Origin: a virus
Virus record (IMG/VR): IMGVR_UViG_2663762850_000003
Length of the DNA: 64,000 nt
Reading direction: 5' to 3' (one strand)
The notes below the pieces were generated by a model. The model was not told the origin of the DNA. It saw only the letters and a program-made list of their open reading frames with translations, and searched no databases. The position numbers and the translations under genes are program-made. Below, one piece after another: positions 28,894 to 37,017 of this stretch (positions are counted from its first letter, which is position 1; every line of letters begins with the position of its first letter).

Positions 28894-29661
28894 ATGTCAG
28901 CTCAGGCACAGACGAAAGCAAACGAACTTCACAGTACTTTATGGTCATACATAAACCGTAAAGAGGTGATCGAACAGGAAGCTGTTGATAACTTTGAAAA
29001 GATTATCGCCGCGCTGCATGGCGAGGAAAAAGCTTATCTTAGCGCCCTCCTTTATGCCGCAAAAGGCGACTTTGATGCAGCCGTTCGATGGTTCAATGAT
29101 GCGCTAAAGTTTGAAGACGGCACGATTGCACTTAACTACCTAGCTTACATTGGCTCAAGCGCTCATAACTATTTCCATAGAATGGAAATCTTCCGCTTGG
29201 AAGAACAATTCTGTTTACCTACCATGCGTCGCATTGCCAGGAACGCGGCTTACTGTATAGGCGATGTTAAGCTCATCCGTCGCTATACATTGAAGCTCGC
29301 TGCGCTCTGTGACGGAAAAGAAAAACAAGAATTGAAGGATCAAGGGGCATTTATGATTGCACAGGTTGAAAAATTCAAGCAGGCCACAACGCTTTCTTCG
29401 AATCAAATCCAAGTACTGTGTGATGCGGCAGAAGGTATTGCCAACAAACATGGGATCAACTGCATTGGTGTTCATTATTTTGTTAATGAAGATTTAGACA
29501 ACGCTTTCGTTGTACGCGCAGAAACTGATGATCCCGAGATTCTAGCAGAGCTGAATCTCGAAATGCTCTGCTTATTGTCTTCCGAGGAGTATCGCTCTTT
29601 GCCTTTTACTTCTTGGTTCCGCAGCGATATGGATGGCATGGAGCAACGCCGTGACAGTTAA
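28894..29661 (+). CDS. Cargo: TPR-like helical protein with small C-terminal alpha/beta domain
   Basis: 255 aa; AYLSALLYAAKGDFDAAVRWFNDALKFE fits a TPR consensus. Confidence 0.7.
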   Translation: MSAQAQTKANELHSTLWSYINRKEVIEQEAVDNFEKIIAALHGEEKAYLSALLYAAKGDFDAAVRWFNDALKFEDGTIALNYLAYIGSSAHNYFHRMEIFRLEEQFCLPTMRRIARNAAYCIGDVKLIRRYTLKLAALCDGKEKQELKDQGAFMIAQVEKFKQATTLSSNQIQVLCDAAEGIANKHGINCIGVHYFVNEDLDNAFVVRAETDDPEILAELNLEMLCLLSSEEYRSLPFTSWFRSDMDGMEQRRDS

Positions 29662-30079
29662 CGGGCAAGACTTTTTTAACTTTGCTGTGAAATGCATAGC
29701 TCATGGCGATGAAATCGGGTACAGAAATGCTGTCGGAAGAGCATACTACGGCCTCTATCATGAGGTATGCTCGAAACTAGAGAAAGGCCCTGACCCAGCT
29801 ACCCATAGATCCGTAAGAGACTATCTCATTGATAGTGCATGGCTTATGGGTAATGAGCCTTTTGATAAAATGAAACTCATCTCGTTAGGAACATTGCTTA
29901 AGCATCTGCACATCCAACGGAAATGGGCGGATTATAATCTTGATGATGACTACCCTAAGGCCGACGCCGAAGCAGTGCTGATTATGGCTCAAAAAGGTCT
30001 TGAAAAAGCAAAGGCTATGTATGAAGAAACCTACCCACCACAGCCTGCCAGCCCGTCCGCTAAAGCCCCTACACTTTAG
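29651..30079 (+). CDS. Cargo: HEPN-domain protein
   Basis: GTG 29651 with GGAG RBS, 11-nt overlap with upstream gene; R.AVGRAYYGLYH and L..LH..RKWADY motifs of the HEPN family. Confidence 0.82.
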   Translation: MTVNGQDFFNFAVKCIAHGDEIGYRNAVGRAYYGLYHEVCSKLEKGPDPATHRSVRDYLIDSAWLMGNEPFDKMKLISLGTLLKHLHIQRKWADYNLDDDYPKADAEAVLIMAQKGLEKAKAMYEETYPPQPASPSAKAPTL

Positions 30080-30096
30080 TAAATCGCGAAAGATAT

Positions 30097-30124
30097 AAAA
30101 AACGGCCTGATTAGGCCGTTTTTT
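30097..30124. terminator. Bidirectional intrinsic terminator
   Basis: AAAAAACGGCCT-GATT-AGGCCGTTTTTT between convergent HEPN and umuC-like genes. Confidence 0.85.
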
Positions 30125-30163
30125 ATATGTACCGAGGTGTATTTACTCGAGGCAAGCTTTTTA

Positions 30164-31429
30164 TTAACTTGCATTTACTACTGGCACATCATTCAACCTC
30201 GTCGTGTAACAGGGCGACAGTATCTCACGTTTCATCTGCCACGCCTGCTGGATGCCCTGCCCCGCAAAATACAGGGTTCCCCGCCCCTGCTGGTTGAGTT
30301 TGTCCATCAGTGACATCAGCGCCTCGCTGTTAGCGCGCGGCGCGTTCTCATCAAACAAGTTCAGCTGCGCCAGGCCCTGGCTGAAAAAGTCACCCAGCAT
30401 CACACCTGCTTTCTGGTACCGGTTGCCGTCGCGCCAGACCGCATCGAGGCAGCGCGTCGCCGCGGCGATAATGTCGCGCGTGTCCTGTGTGGGCGTCAGC
30501 AATTTGGTCCCGGCGTGGTTGCCGTAATACGGCTCAGCAGAGAACGACGACGTTTTCACAAACACCGAAATGTACCGGCAGAACTGATGCTCGCCACGGA
30601 GCTTTTCCGCCGCGCGCGCCGCATAGCTGCAGATAGCCTGGCGCATCGCTTCATAATCGGTGATTCGCTCCCCAAATGACCGGCTGCAGACGATTTCCTG
30701 TTTCGCCGGGGCAAACTCTTCGATCTCCAGACAGGGCTCGCCGCGCAGCTCGCGCACGGTGCGCTCCAGCACGACGTTAAAGTGTTTGCGGATAAAGCGG
30801 ATATCGGTATCACAGAGGTGCAAAGCATTTTTAATACCCATTGCCTCCAGCTTTCTGGCGATACGCCGACCGACGCCCCAGACCTCCTCCACCGGCATCA
30901 GCGCCATCAGCCGCCGCTGGCGCGCCTGGTTCGACAGGTCCACCACCCCGCCCGTCTGCGGCCACTCCTTCGCCGCGCGATTGGCGAGCTTCGCCAGCGT
31001 CTTCGTCTGGGCGATACCGACACCACAATGGATCCGGGTGTTACGCCGGACGGTGTCGCGTATCTCCCGGCCAAAATCAGCCAGGTCGCGGCAGTTCCGC
31101 ACGCCCATCAGGTCGCAGAAAGCCTCATCGATGCTGTAGACCTCGACGCGCGGGCACATTTCCTCAAGCGTGGTCATCACCCGCTGGCTCATGTCACCGT
31201 AAAGCTCATAGTTGCTGGAAAAGGCAATGATCCGCTGCGGAAACTGCATCTCGCGCAGCTGGAACCAGGGCATGCCCATTTTTATGCCAAGCGCTGTTGC
31301 TTCGCGGCTGCGCGCTATCACACAGCCGTCGTTATTCGAGAGCGCCACGATGGGCTGACCGGCCAGATCCGGACGGAATGCCGTCTCGCAACTCGTGTAG
31401 AACGAGTTCATATCAACCAGCGCGAACAT
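30164..31429 (-). CDS. umuC: Y-family translesion DNA polymerase V catalytic subunit homolog
   Basis: FALVD.NSFY.SCE, LSNNDGC, YSIDEAF motifs; 421 aa ending MKRE.LSPCYTTR. Confidence 0.95.
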   Translation of the reverse strand: MFALVDMNSFYTSCETAFRPDLAGQPIVALSNNDGCVIARSREATALGIKMGMPWFQLREMQFPQRIIAFSSNYELYGDMSQRVMTTLEEMCPRVEVYSIDEAFCDLMGVRNCRDLADFGREIRDTVRRNTRIHCGVGIAQTKTLAKLANRAAKEWPQTGGVVDLSNQARQRRLMALMPVEEVWGVGRRIARKLEAMGIKNALHLCDTDIRFIRKHFNVVLERTVRELRGEPCLEIEEFAPAKQEIVCSRSFGERITDYEAMRQAICSYAARAAEKLRGEHQFCRYISVFVKTSSFSAEPYYGNHAGTKLLTPTQDTRDIIAAATRCLDAVWRDGNRYQKAGVMLGDFFSQGLAQLNLFDENAPRANSEALMSLMDKLNQQGRGTLYFAGQGIQQAWQMKREILSPCYTTRLNDVPVVNAS

Positions 31430-31850
31430 TGCGGTGCAGGGTATTAATCACGCAAATGACAACGCCGACGATTTCGAGGTCGTCGGCGTCATAAACAGCT
31501 ATAGGCAGGTAAGCCGGGTTCTCGGCGCACAGCTGCGCCACCGGGTACGTCACCAGCCTTTTCACGGTGAACTCCCCGCCGATATTGGCGACGACGATAT
31601 CGTTGTGCTTCGCGTGAAGGCTGAAGTCCACCAGCAGAAGGGAGCCATCGAGAATACCAGCGTCGCGCATCGAGTCTCCTGCGACCCGCAGAACATAGGT
31701 GGATGAGGGATGTGCAATAAGGTGGGAAACAAGATCAATACCGCTGTCGATATAATCAGCGGCAGGGCTCGGGAAACCAGCAGAAATCAGGTCTGCATAG
31801 AATGGGATGCTGACCGGCTTAACCGGCAAGACGAGGGGGTGTATTTTCAT
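31413..31850 (-). CDS. umuD: Polymerase V accessory subunit homolog (S24 autopeptidase)
   Basis: SAGFPSPA.DY cleavage site, GDSM Ser and VKRL Lys catalytic dyad. Confidence 0.93.
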   Translation of the reverse strand: MKIHPLVLPVKPVSIPFYADLISAGFPSPAADYIDSGIDLVSHLIAHPSSTYVLRVAGDSMRDAGILDGSLLLVDFSLHAKHNDIVVANIGGEFTVKRLVTYPVAQLCAENPAYLPIAVYDADDLEIVGVVICVINTLHRNVRAG

Positions 31851-31870
31851 TATGTACCTCCTGTAAAAAT

Positions 31871-31890
31871 TACTGTGTATTTATACAGTA
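31871..31890. promoter_or_regulatory. LexA (SOS) box
   Basis: TACTGTGTATTTATACAGTA, near-consensus, about 20 nt upstream of the umuD-like ATG. Confidence 0.92.
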
Positions 31891-31986
31891 GTTTCAGGAG
31901 GTAACGAAATCAAGACGAAGCGGCCTATTAATCGTAACGGCAGAGCAGTTTTAACAGCTGCTCTGCCAGGACAATGCGCCAGCTTA

Positions 31987-32128
31987 TTATTCGCCGCTTA
32001 CGGTGACCGGGGGCACCGGCCAGACAGTTTTTCGGAAAAGCTTTCTTGTTGTGGAACCTCACGTAATGCCTTTCGGTAAGCGCCTCATGCTTCTTTGTCG
32101 GTCGGCGCGTCAGGAATCATTGCCCAGT
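31987..32128 (-). pseudogene. Decayed duplicate of the 3' end of the tail-fibre chaperone gene (direct repeat of 33489-33631)
   Basis: Hand alignment: about 8 substitutions and 1 indel over about 143 nt. Confidence 0.88.
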
Positions 32129-32442
32129 AAGAGTTGGAAAATGTACGTCGAGTTCGGGCGGACGTGCTTTCGAATAACGCAGCCTGATTGTCAGTATTTA
32201 AGCTAATTGAGCTGAATCTTATGTGAAAAGAAAAATAAACCTCAATATACGCTATATAATCCGCACGGACATGAAATTTAATACAATATGTAGTGTTTTG
32301 ATATGAGAGAAACTATGGATACTACATTCATGCCAGTTCTACACCCCCTACAATCCCAGAGATATATTCTCTATATATACTAGCATGCTTTACTGAAAAG
32401 TCATAAGATCGGTTGCTCATTACTAACTATGCGGAGCGAACA

Positions 32443-33228
32443 ATGTTAAATAGTGTTTTTTTTAAGAAAATATCGACATTCAATGCAAAACTCGATTCCT
32501 CACAAAAAGTAATTAGAAACCTAATTATATCCATGTTTATTCTATATTTGCTTTCTCTATCGGGAAGTGAGAAATTATGGAAAGGCTTTTTTATTATAAC
32601 TTTAATGTATTGGTCTTATGCAGTAGTGAGTTTCTTAATTAAATTATATAAAAAAGCATACGAAACAACTTTAGGTAAAGGAATTTTAATCTTGGCAGGC
32701 TCTATCTGCGTAAATTTAGCCCTATGCTTTTCGGGAATAATAATAAATGACATCACATCTGTATCACCGTCAAACTTCCCTCACTCTTTGATATTCATTG
32801 CTACTGCAATGATCCCCTTGATTATCCCCATTGTTATGTCACTGCCATTTACTATCATCCTGATAACATTGCCTTTATGGGGTTGGTTTTTTGTATACGA
32901 TGAAAAGCTTATTAAATTCTTATTCCCAGGTTACCAGCCAAACAACAAAACGTTCCTACATAAGGTGACTTTGTTAATACAAATGTTTTTAGTCGTTGTT
33001 TATTGGTCTTTCCTATTCCATCTTGCAACACTCAAGGGCAACGATTACATGTCTTACATAAGTTATAAATCTCAATGGTTAATTTACAATCTTGAGATGT
33101 TTGATAAAAGCAAATGTTCTAATTTCATTAAAGGGAAAGTTGCATTCATTGGAGATGATAAAATCCTCGTTGCTACAAACCAAAACGAAACCTATTCATT
33201 TAAGCTCATGGAATGTGAAGCAGAGTAA
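32443..33228 (+). CDS. Cargo: polytopic membrane protein (moron)
   Basis: ATG 32443 with GGAG RBS; about 6 hydrophobic segments and a soluble C-terminal domain with two Cys; AT-rich, antisense to late genes. Confidence 0.78.
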   Translation: MLNSVFFKKISTFNAKLDSSQKVIRNLIISMFILYLLSLSGSEKLWKGFFIITLMYWSYAVVSFLIKLYKKAYETTLGKGILILAGSICVNLALCFSGIIINDITSVSPSNFPHSLIFIATAMIPLIIPIVMSLPFTIILITLPLWGWFFVYDEKLIKFLFPGYQPNNKTFLHKVTLLIQMFLVVVYWSFLFHLATLKGNDYMSYISYKSQWLIYNLEMFDKSKCSNFIKGKVAFIGDDKILVATNQNETYSFKLMECEAE

Positions 33229-33488
33229 AGAAAAAACCTTCGCCAGCTCACCGTTAAATTTAAAATATTAATAATTTGAGAAATTTTATCATCTGCCCTT
33301 TAAATATGACAGTATAAATTTCACTCCGTTCACCCATACCCATTTCTTTCCAGAAGAGGATATGGGCTGACACTTCACTGTAAAAATATCATGTGAATGA
33401 TTTAATAATGTCGTTGTTTTGACATGAGTCATATTTGGGGGCATGACAATGATAGTTATCTTCTCTACCAGAGAGTAATGCGATCAAA

Positions 33489-33716
33489 TTATTCCCCGCT
33501 TACGGTGACCGGGGGCACCGGCCAGACAGTTTTTTCGGGAAAACCCTCTTGTTGTGGAACCTCACGTAATGCCTTCCGGTAAGCGCCCCATGCTTCTTTG
33601 TCGGTCGGCGCGTCAGGCATCATTGCCCAGTCAGAAGCGGCAATAAGTCGATCGCGTTCGGCGCGCACTTCTGCGGCCCTGATGGCCTCTAACTTCTCCT
33701 GATTAATTTTAATCAT
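33489..33716 (-). CDS. Tail fibre assembly chaperone
   Basis: Start moved to ATG 33716; R.ERDRL...SDW....D......W..YR.ALR.VPQQ.GFP....WP motif. Confidence 0.82.
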   Translation of the reverse strand: MIKINQEKLEAIRAAEVRAERDRLIAASDWAMMPDAPTDKEAWGAYRKALREVPQQEGFPEKTVWPVPPVTVSGE

Positions 33717-33951
33717 CGCGGGCAGCCTCATAGGTTCCGCCATACCCGTCCGGCGCAGGCATAGTGCTTTCGTTAATTTCCCACGCCTCCTGCGGAATAT
33801 CGTCAGGCACCTCGGCAGAATCAACGATCCAGAATGGGACGCCGTCGGGAACATCTTTCTGCCCGATTTCCAGAACGGTCAGGCCGCATGGGAGATAAGG
33901 GATCATGAGCGACACACCAAACTCTGATTTATAGATAATTCGCTTTTCCAT
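33709..33951 (-). CDS. Small tail-fibre-associated protein
   Basis: 80 aa; IGQKDVP.GVPFWIVD...P.D...EAW motif; follows tail fibre. Confidence 0.75.
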   Translation of the reverse strand: MEKRIIYKSEFGVSLMIPYLPCGLTVLEIGQKDVPDGVPFWIVDSAEVPDDIPQEAWEINESTMPAPDGYGGTYEAARDD

Positions 33952-33953
33952 AT

Positions 33954-35999
33954 CTATTTCCTGTGAACCGTAACCATCACGGAGGCGTCAATCCGGCCCG
34001 TGTTATTCCTTGTCGCAACAGCAAAAAAGGTTTTGCTGATCGAATAAACGCTGCCGCTGATCGCGTTAACATCATTAGAGCCCTGAATTGCCGTCACCAT
34101 AATGGACTGATTGATTTCATCTGCCGGTGGGTTCTGGTAAACGAGCCGGTAAGCACCTGCCGCCTCCTTAGTGACAGAGGAAATGTTAAAAGCCGCGACT
34201 ATCGTGTCACCACTGAAACGACACCACGCCACAGCGCCCTGGGGCGAATTGGTGGCAAGCAGCTCAACGTCAACATCAGAGGCCGGAATGCTGTATACCC
34301 TGGTTGTGGCCCCGTCGTTTACGGTGATGGCAGAGAACGGTCGCGCCCCAACCCGCTGTAGCGCAACCAGCGAGGCGGACGATTTAATCTGGCCTGCAAC
34401 CTTCATCGTTGACTTAACATCACCACCACGCATCAGCACGCCGCTGCCCGGCTGCGTTGCGTATGAATTAACCACATCGAAGGATGTGCCGGCCGCCTGA
34501 AATGCGCCGGACGCGCGGATAATCCAGATCCCAAAAACCTCGTTCGGGTGGATCTCACCGCTTCCGTCACGACCATAATTTGCGCTTTGAGTGCTGGCAT
34601 CAAGAACGTAACGTTCATATCGGGTTGAACTGGTGGTGGTACCGTCAAGCTGAAATACGTTATTCCCGCCGTTGGTCCAGCTGACAAACCCGTTTTTACC
34701 GCTGGTTGACTGATCGTAGTTGTAGGCGAACAACTGCCCGGAAATGTTAGGTGCGCTGTCCTGCAAAATTCGCCCGACCACGTCACCAGACGCCGCGCCG
34801 CGAAGGAACGGCGATTTGATACTGCCGTCCTGAATGCCGTTGAGATCCGGCACGCGGAACGTTGTCGTTCCGTTTCCAGGCGAGTACATGCCACGGTTCA
34901 TGGCCGGTGCGCCAGCGTTGCTGGACGTCAGCCAGACCGCATCCGTCTGCGTCGCCGTCAGAATACCGGCGTTTACGGCGGCCCATAAATCGGCGGTTTT
35001 TGCATCGGTACGGCTCTCAAGCTGGCCGTCTGCCGCGATATAACCGGCAGGCAGCGCCGCCCGCAAGCCGTTGAACCACTGAACCGCGCCGATGAAGTCA
35101 TTCATCACGCCGTTCATGCTTGCCCCACCGCCCCCACCAGACGACGCTTTGAGCTGACGCAGGGTCACCGCATCATAATCAGATACCGCTTCCGCAGGCA
35201 GCGGCAACGGCTTCCCGTTCAGCAGGTTTTGCAGCGAAGCCGCCCTGTCTGTGACGTCGGACAGGTTCGCGTCTTTCGTAAGGACTTTTTCGGCGTCAAA
35301 TTTATCGGCAAGCGACTGCGCACGATCGGCATGAGTGCGTGCGTCAGTAGCGGCCTGGCTGGCAGTGCCCACGGCCTGCGCCGCCGTGCTTGCGCTGGCT
35401 GCGGCATTGCTGGCTCCTCTGCTGGCAACGGCCATAGCGTCCTCTGCCGCCTTTTTAGCCGCGGCGGCATTATCTGCGGAAGCCTTTGCCCCGCTGCTGG
35501 CCGTCTCGGCAGCCTGCCGATCCGCGCTGACGCTGGCCTGCGCCTGCTTAATACCCTCCACGATTTTCTGAAGGCTGCCCGGATCGAGGTCTTCGAGCAG
35601 GCTCACCAGTGACGGCCAGCTCGGCCCTTTAAACTGGCTGCCGTCAGGCAGCGTAACGGTGATATTTTCACCTGCGGAAAAAACCTGCTGCCAGTTGGCT
35701 TTGTCGAGGTTGAGCCCGCGTAAGGCTTCGGTAACCTGATTCACCACTTCCATCGTTACCTGGCTCATGGTACCGCGCGGCACCGCTGACCATGCCAGCC
35801 CCGCCGCATCGGGCCCGGTATACGTTCTGGTGAGCGTCAGCGCCGTGTCGCTGCTGACCGTTTTAACGGCCTGCGTGTAGACAACCTGACCCGCCGTGAA
35901 GACGACGTAATCCCCCGCGACCAGTTCGCTGGTAAATGTGGTGCCGTCGCCGTTGATGGTCGTTGCGCCGTTTTTGATGCTGATCGTGCCTTTAGCCAT
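33954..35999 (-). CDS. Side tail fibre protein
   Basis: GTISI.NG....GDGT.F N-terminus, Ala-rich coiled region, tail-collar G.TTFRVPDL.G motif. Confidence 0.88.
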   Translation of the reverse strand: MAKGTISIKNGATTINGDGTTFTSELVAGDYVVFTAGQVVYTQAVKTVSSDTALTLTRTYTGPDAAGLAWSAVPRGTMSQVTMEVVNQVTEALRGLNLDKANWQQVFSAGENITVTLPDGSQFKGPSWPSLVSLLEDLDPGSLQKIVEGIKQAQASVSADRQAAETASSGAKASADNAAAAKKAAEDAMAVASRGASNAAASASTAAQAVGTASQAATDARTHADRAQSLADKFDAEKVLTKDANLSDVTDRAASLQNLLNGKPLPLPAEAVSDYDAVTLRQLKASSGGGGGASMNGVMNDFIGAVQWFNGLRAALPAGYIAADGQLESRTDAKTADLWAAVNAGILTATQTDAVWLTSSNAGAPAMNRGMYSPGNGTTTFRVPDLNGIQDGSIKSPFLRGAASGDVVGRILQDSAPNISGQLFAYNYDQSTSGKNGFVSWTNGGNNVFQLDGTTTSSTRYERYVLDASTQSANYGRDGSGEIHPNEVFGIWIIRASGAFQAAGTSFDVVNSYATQPGSGVLMRGGDVKSTMKVAGQIKSSASLVALQRVGARPFSAITVNDGATTRVYSIPASDVDVELLATNSPQGAVAWCRFSGDTIVAAFNISSVTKEAAGAYRLVYQNPPADEINQSIMVTAIQGSNDVNAISGSVYSISKTFFAVATRNNTGRIDASVMVTVHRK

Positions 36000-36057
36000 C
36001 AGGCCTGCTCCTTAAAATAAAAAACCCGCCGTAGCGGGTCATTCAGTCAATAAGCGG

Positions 36058-37017
36058 TCAGTACATACTGTCGAGTAACAGGATATTCATGCCGGTCGTT
36101 CTGTTTACGTCCAGCGAATAGTCAGACGTCCATACCGCAGCCACATAACCGCGCCCCACCCGGACGGCATTACCCGCCCGGACCAGCCCCTGATATTTTG
36201 CATAACACCAGCCGCCGGAGATGTCGGTTTGCGCGCCGTAACGACCGAGCATGATGTACCGGTTCCCGATATCAGTGGCAGCCCCTGACGGCCTGCAGAA
36301 GGCATTGCTGTAGAGGAACGGGCGCTTTGTTGTGGAAAAGGTGCACTGCCCTCTGCTGTTGAAGAAGTTCAGTCCGGGCCCCGGAACCGGCGCGGTGCCG
36401 GTCGCAAAAATCACCACGTCCATCGTTACGGTCGCGCTGACGTTCGCCCCGTTACGCTCGGCCACGGCCCGGACCACGTTACCGTCGTATTCCACCACCA
36501 CCCCACTGGCGCTCCACCTGGCAAATACGGCGTAGGACTGCCGGGTATAGCCGGTCGGGGGCGGTGACCAGGAGCCGGTAAACGTTACCCGCCCCCGATA
36601 CACACACTGACCGACCGCGGCCCCGTCTGTGATAACGGTGAAATCAGTACTGTCAGAAATATAAAGCCCGCGATTGCCCGACTGACTGGCGGGCAGGATC
36701 TGCCAGACCGTGCCGGGGTATATTTTCCCATTGCTCATTCTGTAGTTTGACCAGACGGAGAAGGTCAGCACATTTCCGCTCTGTGATACGCCGGTTAACA
36801 CGTCCATATCCGGGATCAGGCTTGTGCTGCCGCCAAGATAAATCCCGGCGGTGACATGCGGTGCGAAGACGGCTGACGCACCCGCCACATAGCCCGGTAT
36901 CGCGTACTGATTTCCGCTGCCGCTGGCATACCCGCAATAGGACGGGCACCGCAGCCCCGCGGTGATGGTCATCGCCGGACCGCCGTCATTGAGATCGATA
37001 TACAGCCCACTCGGCAT
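36058..37017 (-). CDS. Tail-tip-associated protein (DUF6453-like)
   Basis: ATG 37017 overlaps the J-like stop; MPSGLYIDLNDGGP start. Confidence 0.7.
   Translation of the reverse strand: MPSGLYIDLNDGGPAMTITAGLRCPSYCGYASGSGNQYAIPGYVAGASAVFAPHVTAGIYLGGSTSLIPDMDVLTGVSQSGNVLTFSVWSNYRMSNGKIYPGTVWQILPASQSGNRGLYISDSTDFTVITDGAAVGQCVYRGRVTFTGSWSPPPTGYTRQSYAVFARWSASGVVVEYDGNVVRAVAERNGANVSATVTMDVVIFATGTAPVPGPGLNFFNSRGQCTFSTTKRPFLYSNAFCRPSGAATDIGNRYIMLGRYGAQTDISGGWCYAKYQGLVRAGNAVRVGRGYVAAVWTSDYSLDVNRTTGMNILLLDSMY

Noticed and set aside
28627-28954. ORFs 28627-28848 (-) and 28700-28954 (+)
   Set aside because: No RBS or motif, and they overlap the putative promoter of the TPR-HEPN pair; likely spurious
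31987-33631. Repeat pair near a tail fibre as the TR/VR of a diversity-generating retroelement
   Set aside because: Mismatches are not confined to adenines (only about half are A in one copy on the coding strand), there is an indel, and no reverse transcriptase or Avd-like gene is in the window
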